From the NCBI GenBank assembly GCA_963724765.1, contig CAVRVY010000001.1, positions 384,001-448,000 of the forward strand: a stretch of 64,000 bases of DNA, given 5' to 3'. The notes below the pieces were generated by a model. That model saw nothing but the letters and a program-made list of their open reading frames with translations. It had not been told where the DNA came from and searched no databases. This DNA comes from an uncultured delta proteobacterium (lineage in GTDB: Bacteria > Desulfobacterota > Binatia > Binatales > Binataceae). A program made the position numbers and the translations under genes. Below are positions 38,681-48,378 of this stretch, piece by piece. The number at the start of each line of letters is the position of its first letter. Positions within the stretch are counted from its first letter, which is position 1.

Positions 38681-39762
38681 AAGTGATAATCGCGGGCGGC
38701 GGCACCGGTGGGCATCTCTTCCCCGCAGTCGCGGTGGGCGAGGCGATGATGCGCGAGCGGCCGGAAACCGAAGTGTTGTTCGTGGGCACCACGGCCGGGC
38801 TGGAGGCGCGATGGATGCCGCGTAGCGGCTTGCGCTACGAATTGTTCCCAGTCCATGGGATTCGCGGGCACAACCTGGTCGAACGGATAAAGGCAGTCGG
38901 CGAATTCATCGCGGCGCTTGGGCGGGCGCACGGATTGCTCGGCTCATTCGGCGCCGACCTGGTGCTCGGCGCGGGTGGTTACGCGTCGGCGCCGATGGCG
39001 ATGGCGGCGATTATGGCCCGGACGCCGCTGGTGCTGATGGAAGAGAATACGCGTCCAGGACTGTCGAATCGGATGCTCTGGCGGTTCGCTACAAAGGTCA
39101 CTGTTGGCTTTGATGAGGCTCTGCCACATTTTCATTCGCCCAAGGTCGTGGTAAGCGGCAATCCAGTGCGTTTTAGCATCGAGCCATCGCCTCTAATGCT
39201 CCATGAACCGCTGCAAATCCTTGTTTTAGGCGGCTCAACCGGCGCACATCGTCTCAACGAAGGCGTAATTAATGCCTTGAGAAATTTGCGAGAAACTGTT
39301 ATAAAAATTGCTCTAGTCCACCAGACAGGGGAGGCGGACGTGGGGCTGGTCAAGGGTGGGTACGCGGCGCTCGGCTGCCAGGCGCAAGTGGTGCCGTTTG
39401 TCGACGACATGGCGACGGCGCTTGCGCATGCCGACCTGCTTGTGGCGCGCTCGGGTGCGATGACCGTTACGGAGGTCGCACTCGCCGGCCGCCCCGCCAT
39501 TTTCGTTCCTTACCCGTTCCATCGCGACCGCCAGCAGGAACTCAACGCACGAGTGCTCGAGCAGCGCGGCGCGGCCGTGATCGTCGCCGACGACGAGCGG
39601 CTTGGCGAAAATCTCGCCGCGACGCTGCGCGAGCTTATCGCCGATCCGGCGCGGCTGATGCGGATGGCCGCGCAGGCGCGGACTGCCGCGAAGCCCGATG
39701 CGGCTCGCACGATCGCGCGGTTGTGTTTCGATCTTGGTTCGAAGGAGCGCGCCGCCGCATGA
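38677..39762 (+). CDS. murG: MurG
   Basis: GGGTGGH, GGYASAP, GNPVR, GGSTGA, RSGAMT, QQELNA. Confidence 0.96.
   Translation: MKVIIAGGGTGGHLFPAVAVGEAMMRERPETEVLFVGTTAGLEARWMPRSGLRYELFPVHGIRGHNLVERIKAVGEFIAALGRAHGLLGSFGADLVLGAGGYASAPMAMAAIMARTPLVLMEENTRPGLSNRMLWRFATKVTVGFDEALPHFHSPKVVVSGNPVRFSIEPSPLMLHEPLQILVLGGSTGAHRLNEGVINALRNLRETVIKIALVHQTGEADVGLVKGGYAALGCQAQVVPFVDDMATALAHADLLVARSGAMTVTEVALAGRPAIFVPYPFHRDRQQELNARVLEQRGAAVIVADDERLGENLAATLRELIADPARLMRMAAQARTAAKPDAARTIARLCFDLGSKERAAA
39277..39305 (+). promoter_or_regulatory. putative internal sigma70 promoter within murG
   Basis: TTGAGA-N17-TATAAA with extended -10 TG, inside an AT-rich patch of a GC-rich gene. Confidence 0.6.
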
Positions 39763-41231
39763 GTGAGCCTCTCGCAAAGGGATTGCTAAGCCGGCAGCGC
39801 CGCTTGCATTTCATCGGCGTCGGCGGCGCGGGCATGAGCGGCATCGCGGAGCTGTCGCTGCGGCTTGGCTTCGCGGTGAGCGGATGCGATTCGCGTCTGG
39901 GCCCGAACACCGACCGGCTCGCCGCGCTGGGTGTGCCGATCTTCCAGGGGCATCATCCGGATCATATTGCGGATCATGTTGCGGATCATGTTGCGGATCG
40001 CGCCGCCGATAACGTCACTGAGCGTTTGGATGCCGTGGTGATTTCCTCGGCAGTGAAATTTTCCAATCCCGAAGTCGCGCGCGCGCGCGCGCTGCAGATT
40101 CCGGTCATCGCGCGCGCCGAGATGCTCGGCGAGTTGCTGCGGATGGTGCGTCTGGGCGTGGCGGTCGCCGGTACGCACGGCAAGACCACCACCACCTCGC
40201 TGGTAGGACTCATCCTGGAAGAAGCCGGGCTCGATCCGACGGTGGCGATTGGCGGCAACCTGCGCGCACGCGGCACCAACGTGCGCCTGGGCGGCGGCGA
40301 GTACATGGTGGCCGAAGCCGACGAGAGCGACGCCTCCTTCCTGCTGCTACTCCCGACTATTGCGGTCGTCACCAATATCGACCCCGAGCACCTCGACCAT
40401 TACGGCTCGATGGAGCGGGTGCGCGAGGCCTATCTCAACTTCATAAATCGCGTGCCGTTTTACGGTCTGGCCGTGCTCGGTATCGACAGCGTCAACGTGC
40501 GCGGGCTGCTGGCGTCGGTGCGTAAGCCCGTGTTGACCTACGGTGTCGCGCCCGACGCCGGGTTGCGCGCCGAGAATATCGTGATCGATGGCCTCTCGAC
40601 GCGCTTCACCGTGATTCGCGCCGGGCGCGAGTTAGGCCTGGTCGAGGTGCCGACGCCGGGGCGTCACGTCGCGCTCAATGCGCTGGCGGCGGTGGGCGTC
40701 GCGCTCGCGGTGGGCGTCGAGTTCGAAGTTGCGGTGCGCGCGCTGACGGCGTTCTCGGGTATCAGCCGGCGTTTCGAGATCAAGGGCGAGGCGGCGGGCC
40801 GAATCGTGCTCGACGACTACGCGCATCATCCCGCGGAAGTTCGCGCGACGCTGGGCGCGGCGCGCGCGGCGTTCAAGCGGCGCACCGTGGTGGTCTTCCA
40901 ACCCCATCGCTACACCCGGCTGCGCGATCTGTTCGATGATTTTCTCGGCGCCTTCGACGACGCCGACGTGCTTTATCTCTGCGACGTCTATGCGGCGGGC
41001 GAGGAGCCGCTGGCTGAAGTCTCGGCGCGCCGGCTCTACGAGGCGCTGCGCGCGCGCGGCCATCTCGACGTGCGCTATCTTGGCGACGAACCGGATCCGG
41101 TGGCGCGGATTGCTGCGGACACGATGGCCGGCGATTTGCTCGTGACGCTCGGCGCCGGCGATGTCTATCACCTGGGCGAAGCCGTGCTGCAAAATCTCGG
41201 CTACGCGATCAAGACCCATGAATCGGCTTGA
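39759..41231 (+). CDS. murC: MurC
   Basis: HFIGVGGAGMSG, AGTHGKTTT, EADESD, DDYAHHP, FQPHRYTR. Confidence 0.97.
   Translation: MSEPLAKGLLSRQRRLHFIGVGGAGMSGIAELSLRLGFAVSGCDSRLGPNTDRLAALGVPIFQGHHPDHIADHVADHVADRAADNVTERLDAVVISSAVKFSNPEVARARALQIPVIARAEMLGELLRMVRLGVAVAGTHGKTTTTSLVGLILEEAGLDPTVAIGGNLRARGTNVRLGGGEYMVAEADESDASFLLLLPTIAVVTNIDPEHLDHYGSMERVREAYLNFINRVPFYGLAVLGIDSVNVRGLLASVRKPVLTYGVAPDAGLRAENIVIDGLSTRFTVIRAGRELGLVEVPTPGRHVALNALAAVGVALAVGVEFEVAVRALTAFSGISRRFEIKGEAAGRIVLDDYAHHPAEVRATLGAARAAFKRRTVVVFQPHRYTRLRDLFDDFLGAFDDADVLYLCDVYAAGEEPLAEVSARRLYEALRARGHLDVRYLGDEPDPVARIAADTMAGDLLVTLGAGDVYHLGEAVLQNLGYAIKTHESA
39959..40006 (+). repeat. 12-bp in-frame tandem repeat in murC (DHIA/DHVA/DHVA/DRAA)
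   Basis: ggatcatattgc ggatcatgttgc ggatcatgttgc ggatcgcgccgc. Confidence 0.85.
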
Positions 41232-42120
41232 GCAGGAATTACGCGCCCGCTTTGGCGCGCGGCTTCGGACCGGCGCGCCGCTCGCCGAGCTTACCTCGTT
41301 TCGGATTGGCGGCCCCGCCGACGTTTTGCTCGCGGTCGAGAACGAAGACGAGCTGCGCGCCGCGATGGCGGCGGCGTGGTGCGAACGGGTGCCGGCATTT
41401 TGCTTGGGCGCGGGCACCAATCTGCTGGTCAGCGATCGCGGCGTACGCGGGCTCGTCGTTCACCTGGGCGAGGGCTTCACGCGGCTGGAGTTCGACGAAT
41501 TGCGGGTGCGTGCGGGAGCGGCCGCGCAGTTCGGCACGCTGGTGCACGACGCGGTCGAGCGCGGGCTTAAGGGGCTTGAGTTCGGCGAGGGCATCCCGGG
41601 CAGCGTCGGCGGCGGACTGGTGATGAACGCGGGTGCGTTCGGCGGCGAAATCGCGCGGGTGGTGAGACTGGTGCATGGGGTCACCGAGCAGGGCCAAGCG
41701 CTCGCGCTCAGCGGCGCGGAGGTCAAGTTTTCCTATCGCCGCACCGAGTTGCCGCCGCGCTTCGTGATCACGCGGGTGGATTTCGAGCTGGAGCGCGGCG
41801 ATCGCGAGCAACTGCGCGAGCGCGTAGCGGAGCTAAAGGCCAAGCGGGCCGCGCGCCAGCCGCGCGGGCTGCCCAACGCGGGTTCGATTTTCAAGAACCC
41901 GCCCGGCGCCTTCGCCGGACGGCTGCTGGAGAATGCGGGACTCAAGGGCGCCCGGCTGGGAGCGGCGGCGTTTTCGACCGAGCATGCGAATTTCATCGTC
42001 AACCTGGGCGGCGCGCGCGCCGAAGACGTGCGGGGGCTGATCGAGCTGGCGCAAAGCCGGGTCAAGGAACAAAGCGGAGTGGCTCTGGAAGCCGAAGTGC
42101 GCATGGTAGGCGAATGGTAA
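41218..42120 (+). CDS. murB: MurB
   Basis: TSFRIGGPA, GTNLLV, GIPGSVGG..MNAGAFG, AGSIFKNP, HANF. Confidence 0.96.
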   Translation: MNRLEQELRARFGARLRTGAPLAELTSFRIGGPADVLLAVENEDELRAAMAAAWCERVPAFCLGAGTNLLVSDRGVRGLVVHLGEGFTRLEFDELRVRAGAAAQFGTLVHDAVERGLKGLEFGEGIPGSVGGGLVMNAGAFGGEIARVVRLVHGVTEQGQALALSGAEVKFSYRRTELPPRFVITRVDFELERGDREQLRERVAELKAKRAARQPRGLPNAGSIFKNPPGAFAGRLLENAGLKGARLGAAAFSTEHANFIVNLGGARAEDVRGLIELAQSRVKEQSGVALEAEVRMVGEW

Positions 42121-42123
42121 TCG

Positions 42124-42936
42124 GTGAGCGGTGATGGCGGGGGACGTGGGGCGGTAGTGGCGAAGCGGGCGGCATCGAAGCGGAGCAAGGGCGCGACGGC
42201 GGCCAGGAATTCCTGGGGCTGGTCGAGCAAGGCGCTGGGCCTGGTGCTGTGCGCCTTCTTCGTTCTCGGCATGGCGACCGGGCTTAGCCAGGCGGGCCGT
42301 GCGCTCGCGGCGCGGGCGCGCGTGACGCTCGTCTCCTATTGGGCCGAAGCGGCGGGGACATTCGCCCAGTGGCGCGAAGGCACGACCGAGAGCGCGATGC
42401 TCGCGCCGCTGCCGCGCTCCACGCCGGGCGACGCGGTCGCGCTGGTCGAGCGCCATGACGGCTTTTATGCGCTCTTCGCCGAGGGCGAGTTGCGCGGGCC
42501 GGTCCAGGCGTCGCGCGCGGGCGACCTGCCAATCCTAAGCGGCGCGGCGGTGCAAACGGCCGGGGCGCGGGATCTCGTGCGTTATGCGGCCACGCTGGTG
42601 CGCTCCGAGGTGGCGCTCTCGGGACTGGTCTCCGAGATGCGCGTGGATGGCGACGGCACGGTGTCGCTCTTTTTCGATCGCTCGCACACCGAGCTGCGCG
42701 TTGACCTCGATGGCGCGCCGGCACAACTCAGGCGCGCGACCGAAGTGCTCGGCCAATGGCGCGGGCACGAGCAGCTGGTCGCGATGATCGACATGACCAC
42801 GCCGGGGCAGGCGGTGATGCGGCTGCGCCGGAGCGCGCCGCTGGCCGCCGCGCAGGGATCGGGCGCGGTGCGCCGGGTTGCCGAGCGGACTCGCGTGGGC
42901 GGCGGCATACTCGCCGGCGGGGGCGGGCGGAGATGA
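42124..42936 (+). CDS. divergent FtsQ/DivIB-like protein
   Basis: Position between murB and ftsA; single N-terminal TM; DLPILSG and C-terminal IDM motif of the FtsQ beta domain. Confidence 0.55.
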   Translation: MSGDGGGRGAVVAKRAASKRSKGATAARNSWGWSSKALGLVLCAFFVLGMATGLSQAGRALAARARVTLVSYWAEAAGTFAQWREGTTESAMLAPLPRSTPGDAVALVERHDGFYALFAEGELRGPVQASRAGDLPILSGAAVQTAGARDLVRYAATLVRSEVALSGLVSEMRVDGDGTVSLFFDRSHTELRVDLDGAPAQLRRATEVLGQWRGHEQLVAMIDMTTPGQAVMRLRRSAPLAAAQGSGAVRRVAERTRVGGGILAGGGGRR

Positions 42937-44156
42937 GAAACGTGCTGACAGCATTGGACGTCGGGACGAGCAAGGTTTGCGCGCTCGTCGCCGAGCTGTT
43001 GCCCGAAGGCGGCGGCGCGACCGTGCTCGGCTATGGTGTGGCGCCTTGCACCGGACTGCGTAAAGGCGTGGTGGTGAATATCGAGGCCACGGTCGACGCG
43101 ATTCGCGCCGCCGTGACCGAGGCCGAAAGAACTTCCGGCGTGCGAGTGGGCGCGGCGGTGGTGGGTGAGGCCGGCGCGCACGTGCGCGGGCTCAACAGCC
43201 ACGGGATCGTCGCGGTGCGCGGCGGCGAGGTCAGCGCGCGCGACGTCGAGCGCGTGATCGACGCGGCGCGGGCGGTCGCAATTCCGCTCGACCGCCAGGT
43301 CCTGCACATACTGCCGCAGCAATTCGCGGTCGACGACCAGGAAGGCGTGCGCGATCCGGTCGGGATGGCCGGGGTGCGGCTGGAAGCGCGCATCCATATT
43401 GTCACCGCGGCGCAGAGCTACGGCCAGAACCTGACCAAGTGCTGCGAGCGCGCCAACATCACGCCGCTGGAGATAGTCTTCGAGCCGCTGGCCTCGGCCG
43501 ACGCGGCGCTGTTTCCCGAAGAGCGCGAGCTGGGCGTGGCGCTGCTCGACATCGGCGGTGGCACCACCGACATCGTGGTTTTTCACGGCGGCGCGGCGAT
43601 GCATACCGCGGTGCTGCCGCTTGGCGGCAACCATCTGACCAGCGACGTCGCCGCGGGCCTGCGCACGCCGCTGCACGAGGCCGAGCGGCTGAAGATCAGC
43701 TTTGGCGTGGCGACCAATTCCGTGGTCGGACGCGATCAGACCGTGCAGGTGCCGGGCGTGGGCGGCCGCGAGCCGCGCGTGATCGCGCGCCGCATTCTCG
43801 GCGAGATCATCGAGCCGCGCATGGAGGAGATTTTCGCCATGGCGCAGCGCGAGGTGATGCGCTCGGGCGTCGCCGACAGCCTCGCTTCGGGCCTGGTGCT
43901 GGTCGGCGGATCGTCGCTGCTCGAGGGCACGCAGGAGTTGGCCGAACGGATCTTTGCGCTGCCGGTGCGGCGCGGTCTGCCGATCAATTTAAGGGGCATG
44001 CCCGAGGACCTGATGAAGCCCGCGTACACGACCGCGGCGGGATTGCTGCTGCACGCGGCGGGCGCGACCGGCGCGACCAGTAATGGAACAGTGCGGGGAG
44101 GGCGGCTGGGACGGCTGCGCTCGCTCGTTTCGGATTGGATGAGAGATTTCTTCTAG
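42933..44156 (+). CDS. ftsA: FtsA
   Basis: ALDVGTSKV, GLRKGVVVNIE, DIGGGTTD, EAERLK, LVGG. Confidence 0.97.
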   Translation: MRNVLTALDVGTSKVCALVAELLPEGGGATVLGYGVAPCTGLRKGVVVNIEATVDAIRAAVTEAERTSGVRVGAAVVGEAGAHVRGLNSHGIVAVRGGEVSARDVERVIDAARAVAIPLDRQVLHILPQQFAVDDQEGVRDPVGMAGVRLEARIHIVTAAQSYGQNLTKCCERANITPLEIVFEPLASADAALFPEERELGVALLDIGGGTTDIVVFHGGAAMHTAVLPLGGNHLTSDVAAGLRTPLHEAERLKISFGVATNSVVGRDQTVQVPGVGGREPRVIARRILGEIIEPRMEEIFAMAQREVMRSGVADSLASGLVLVGGSSLLEGTQELAERIFALPVRRGLPINLRGMPEDLMKPAYTTAAGLLLHAAGATGATSNGTVRGGRLGRLRSLVSDWMRDFF

Positions 44157-44225
44157 GGCGGTGGAATGGCAAACGGGCTTTCAGCGGGCCGCTGAGTGCC
44201 GCGCAATGGTGGAGGAGGTTGAGTA

Positions 44226-45506
44226 ATGATCGATCTGGTGGACACCCCGGATCCCGGGGCGCGGATAAAAGTCATCGGGGCCGGCGGATGCGGCGGCAAC
44301 GCGGTCAGTCATATGATCAAGCAGGGGTTGCACGGCGTGGATTTCATAGCCGTCAACACCGACAGCCAGGCGCTGGCCAACAGCACTGCGCCGATGCGCA
44401 TGCAAATCGGCTCGGTGCTGACGCGCGGACGCGGCACCGGCGGCAATCCTGAAATCGGACGCAAGGCCGCGCTGGAAGACGAGGAGCGGCTGCGCGAAGT
44501 GCTCAAGGACGCCGAGATGGTGTTCGTCACCGCGGGGATGGGCGGCGGCACGGGCACCGGCTCGGCGCCGATCCTTGCCCGTATCGCGCGCGAGAGCGGC
44601 GCCTTGACGGTCGGCGTGGTCACCAAGCCGTTCCAGTTCGAGGGCAGCCGCCGGATGTCGCAGGCCGACGAGGGGCTGCGTGAGCTCAAAGACGCGGTCG
44701 ACACGCTGATCACGATTCCCAACCAGCGCCTGCTCTCGATCGCGAGCCGCACTACGTCGCTGCGCGAGGCCTTTCAGAAGGCCGACGACGTCCTGCTCCA
44801 GGCCGTCCGTGGCATCTCGGAGCTGGTCACCGTCCATGGACTGATCAACCTGGACTTCGCCGACGTGCGCTCGATCATGGCTGAGATGGGACTGGCGATG
44901 ATGGGTGCGGCGAGTGCGACCGGCGAGAACCGCGCGGTCGAGGCGGCGCAGCGCGCTATCTCGAGTCCGCTGCTGGAGGACGTCTCGATCAAGGGCGCGC
45001 GCGGGCTTTTGATCAACGTCACGGGCGGCTCCGACATGTCTCTCTACGAAGTGACCGAGGCGGCGAGCCTGATCCAGGAAGAAGCGCACGAAGACGCCAA
45101 CATCATTTTCGGTGCGGTGATCGACGAAAAGCTGGCCGACGAGATCCGCATCACAGTGATCGCGACCGGCTTCGGCGATCTGGCCACGCGCTACAACCCG
45201 CGCTACTCGTCGTCCGGGGCGCCCATCACGGCGCCGATCCAGGCGGCCGCTACGCGGCCCGTCGATCCTGCCACCGTGCATCCCCCCGCGCCCACGTTGC
45301 CGCCTCCGCCGCCACAGCAGCGGATGTTCGGCGGCAAGCCGGTGCGCCGGATGGGGATGATCGTCGATGATGGCCTTGACATACCGGCCTTCAAACGGCG
45401 CGGCGCGGATCCCAACGCGATGCTGGACCGGTCCGAGCCGAGCGAACTCGGCGAACAGGACGACAAGCTCGATATCCCGACCTTCTTGCGCAAGCATCTG
45501 GAGTAG
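44226..45506 (+). CDS. ftsZ: FtsZ
   Basis: [28 protein letters not shown]-terminal DIPTFLRK. Confidence 0.98.
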   Translation: MIDLVDTPDPGARIKVIGAGGCGGNAVSHMIKQGLHGVDFIAVNTDSQALANSTAPMRMQIGSVLTRGRGTGGNPEIGRKAALEDEERLREVLKDAEMVFVTAGMGGGTGTGSAPILARIARESGALTVGVVTKPFQFEGSRRMSQADEGLRELKDAVDTLITIPNQRLLSIASRTTSLREAFQKADDVLLQAVRGISELVTVHGLINLDFADVRSIMAEMGLAMMGAASATGENRAVEAAQRAISSPLLEDVSIKGARGLLINVTGGSDMSLYEVTEAASLIQEEAHEDANIIFGAVIDEKLADEIRITVIATGFGDLATRYNPRYSSSGAPITAPIQAAATRPVDPATVHPPAPTLPPPPPQQRMFGGKPVRRMGMIVDDGLDIPAFKRRGADPNAMLDRSEPSELGEQDDKLDIPTFLRKHLE

Positions 45507-45656
45507 TCGGGAAAGCGAAGAGAGGGGGAGCCCGAGCGAGCGGCGCCGAAACGCGCAGATGCGCGACGCGCGGTCGCTCGCGCATTGATGGGGTGGATGC
45601 GCGCGCGATAGCGCTCGCATCGTCCGCTCATTTTCAGCTGTTGTAGCGTTCAGCCG

Positions 45657-45683
45657 TGATTCGCGCGCGAGCCGCGCGAATCA
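45657..45683. terminator. hairpin between the convergent ftsZ and MFS genes
   Basis: tgattcgcgcg-cgagc-cgcgcgaatca, 11-bp stem. Confidence 0.5.
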
Positions 45684-46889
45684 GTCGGCTCCAGCGAGGT
45701 TAATTGCGGGAACCGCTGGCGCGGCGCGTAGCGGGATGATGACGAAGAACCCGGCCACAGAGGCGCAACCCGTGAAGGCCGCCGCCCACAGGTAGCTGCC
45801 AGTGCTGTCGATCACCAGGCCCGCCAGCGGCGGCCCCACCAGCGCGCTTATCGCCGAACTGGTGTAGAGCGTTCCCAGCACGGCGCCCATGCCTTGCACG
45901 CCGAACAGTTCCGCCACCACCGCCGGCGAGAGCGCGACCACGCCGCCGTACGCCGCGCCCATCGTGAGCGCGAAAACGACCAGCCATCCGTAGCCGCTGG
46001 TCAGGATCCACACCGCGTAGCTCAGCCCCAGCGCGAGCGTGCAGAGTTTGTACAGCCACATGATCCCCGTCCGGTCCGCCACCACGCCGAGCGCCATCCG
46101 TCCCGCCACGCTCGCGCCGCCGATAATTCCGACCAGCGTGGCGGCGGCGACCCGGCTCACGCCCTGGCTGTGCGCAAATTCAGGCAGGTAGACGAACGGC
46201 ACATAGATCGCGATCGAGGAGAGGAGCGAGGAGACCCAGAGCATCGCGAAGTTCGGCGTGCGCACCGCCGCCGAAAGGCGCGGCCGCGCGGCTCGCAGAT
46301 GGATCGGCGGAGCTTCGACCGCCAGTGCGCAGATGACGAGGATGATCGCGCCGGCCACGCCGAGGATCACGTAGGCCTCGCGCCATCCATAGCGCTCGAT
46401 CAGCACGGCGGCCAGCGGAGCCATCGCCAGCGTTCCGCATCCGATCCCCGCCACCGAAATTCCGAGCGCCGTGTTGCGCCAGCGCGCGAACCATCCGCCC
46501 ACCACCGCAACCATCGGCACGTAGCAGCACGCTCCGCCCAGTCCCACACCGAGCCCGTAGCTCAGGTAGCCCATCCACAGACGGTCGATGCGCGATGTCA
46601 GAATAAGTCCCGCGCCGATGAAGAACGCGCCGGCCAGCAGCACCGGGCGCGGGCCGTAGCGGTCGCTCAGATAGCCAGCCGGCGCGCCGAGTGCGTTGTA
46701 GATGCCGGCGGTGATCGAAAACACGGCCGAGGTCGAGACGCGGCTTGCCCCGAACTCTGCGCTCATCGGGCGGAAGAACGCACCGAAGCTGTAGGCCACG
46801 CCGAACAGCGTGAAGCACGACATGAACGCGGTCGCCACCGTTATCCACGCGCGCGGCGAATCGATCCCTGCGGAACGAAGCTGCTTCAT
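45681..46889 (-). CDS. MFS transporter (monocarboxylate/OFA-like)
   Basis: GYLSDRYGPRP motif A, about 12 TM segments, GPPLAG. Confidence 0.9.
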   Translation of the reverse strand: MKQLRSAGIDSPRAWITVATAFMSCFTLFGVAYSFGAFFRPMSAEFGASRVSTSAVFSITAGIYNALGAPAGYLSDRYGPRPVLLAGAFFIGAGLILTSRIDRLWMGYLSYGLGVGLGGACCYVPMVAVVGGWFARWRNTALGISVAGIGCGTLAMAPLAAVLIERYGWREAYVILGVAGAIILVICALAVEAPPIHLRAARPRLSAAVRTPNFAMLWVSSLLSSIAIYVPFVYLPEFAHSQGVSRVAAATLVGIIGGASVAGRMALGVVADRTGIMWLYKLCTLALGLSYAVWILTSGYGWLVVFALTMGAAYGGVVALSPAVVAELFGVQGMGAVLGTLYTSSAISALVGPPLAGLVIDSTGSYLWAAAFTGCASVAGFFVIIPLRAAPAVPAINLAGAD

Positions 46890-46908
46890 CTTGACGGAGC
46901 ACTTTCAG

Positions 46909-48060
46909 CTACGCGCCGGCGTGCAGCTTGATCAGCTCGAGCGTCACCTCGGCGGTCGCTGTCATGTCGCGCGCGTCGAGCCATTCGCGCACCGTATGGA
47001 TGTCGCGCATGCCGGTGCCCAGGTTGGCGACCACCAGTCCACGCTGATTGAAAATGTTGGCGTCGCATCCGCCGCCGGTTGCATGCGGCTTGACCTCGCG
47101 GCCCAGCCGGCGCGCGGCCTCGATCACCTTGCGCACGATCGGCGCGTCCTCGGGCACGTTCATCGCGCTGTAGGAAGGCACGCTGCGGTATTCCAGCTCG
47201 GCCCGCATCAGTTTGCCATCGACCGTGACCGCGGCGCGGTCCACCGCGTCTCTGAAGCATCCGATCATATGCTCGACCTGGGCGGTCAGCTTGAGCGGAT
47301 CGTTCGAGCGCGCCTCGCCGCGCACCACCACCTCGTTGGGCACGATGTTGCCGGCGCGGCCGCCCTGGATGGTGCCGAGGTTGGCGGTGGTCTCGTCGTC
47401 GATTCGCCCCAGGCGCATCGCGGCGATCGCCTCGGCCGCGATCCTGATCGCCGAAAGGCCGCGCTCGGGCGCCATTCCGGCATGCGCTTCGAGCCCGCGC
47501 ACCGTGAAGCGCAGGCCCTGCGCGCCGGCCGCGCGCACGAACAGGTAGCCGGGCGAGTCGCTATCGAAAACCAGCCCTTCGCGCGCGCGCAGCAGGCTGA
47601 GGTCGAGGTTGCGCGCGCCTTGCAGGCCGATCTCCTCGCACACCGTGAATACGACGTCGATCGGTCCGTGCGCGATGTTTTGCTCGCGCAGTTGAAGCAG
47701 CACCTCGCAGATGATCGCGCATCCCGACTTGTCGTCGCCACCGAGCACGGTGCTGCCGTCGGTGCGGATGAGGTCGCCGTCGACCACCGGCTTCACGCCT
47801 TCGCCCGGAACGACGGTGTCCATGTGGGCGCATAGAAGAAGCGGAGCCACGCCGTCGCGGGTGCCGTCGAGATGGCCAATCAGGTTGCCGCAGTTGCCGT
47901 GGACCTTCTCGGCGGCACCGTCGAAGCGGCAGCTAAGGCCCGCGCTCTCCAGTTCGCGCACGAGCCGCAGCGCAACGTCGCGTTCGCGGCGCGAGAGCGA
48001 GTCGATCTGGACGATTTCCAGGAATAACTGTTTTAACCGCGCGTGGTTGACCGCCGCCAT
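46909..48060 (-). CDS. M20 family peptidase T-like metallohydrolase
   Basis: AHMDTV, LGGDDKSG, EEIGL, AHAG..PE, GGCDAN, HTVRE. Confidence 0.92.
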   Translation of the reverse strand: MAAVNHARLKQLFLEIVQIDSLSRRERDVALRLVRELESAGLSCRFDGAAEKVHGNCGNLIGHLDGTRDGVAPLLLCAHMDTVVPGEGVKPVVDGDLIRTDGSTVLGGDDKSGCAIICEVLLQLREQNIAHGPIDVVFTVCEEIGLQGARNLDLSLLRAREGLVFDSDSPGYLFVRAAGAQGLRFTVRGLEAHAGMAPERGLSAIRIAAEAIAAMRLGRIDDETTANLGTIQGGRAGNIVPNEVVVRGEARSNDPLKLTAQVEHMIGCFRDAVDRAAVTVDGKLMRAELEYRSVPSYSAMNVPEDAPIVRKVIEAARRLGREVKPHATGGGCDANIFNQRGLVVANLGTGMRDIHTVREWLDARDMTATAEVTLELIKLHAGA

Positions 48061-48378
48061 GATGAGTTTGTAGCGCGATTGGCGCCGCGCTTTCCACCGG
48101 GCTCCGGCGAGCGCGCTACAACGAGGCGAGATTCACTTGGCAGCGCTGCCGCGGGCGGCGGCGATCAGGCGGTCGATTTCCTCGCCGCGCTCGATGTGGC
48201 GCTTTCGTCGTCGACCAGGTGGGCGAGAGTCCTTAGAGATCGTGTTCGGATTTCACAATGCAATGCCTCATTGCCTTTTGCAGCGAGGTACGCACCAACG
48301 GTGCACGGAAACATCCTGGCTTGCCTGCGATTTCGAGGGATTCCTCTAAGGTACGGAATTTGCGCTCAGGGTCAGGTC

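Noticed and set aside
48133-48255. Minus-strand fragment ...IERGEEIDRLIAAARGS*, reminiscent of a recombinase N-terminus
   Set aside because: No start codon, about 39 codons, and similarity too weak to support.
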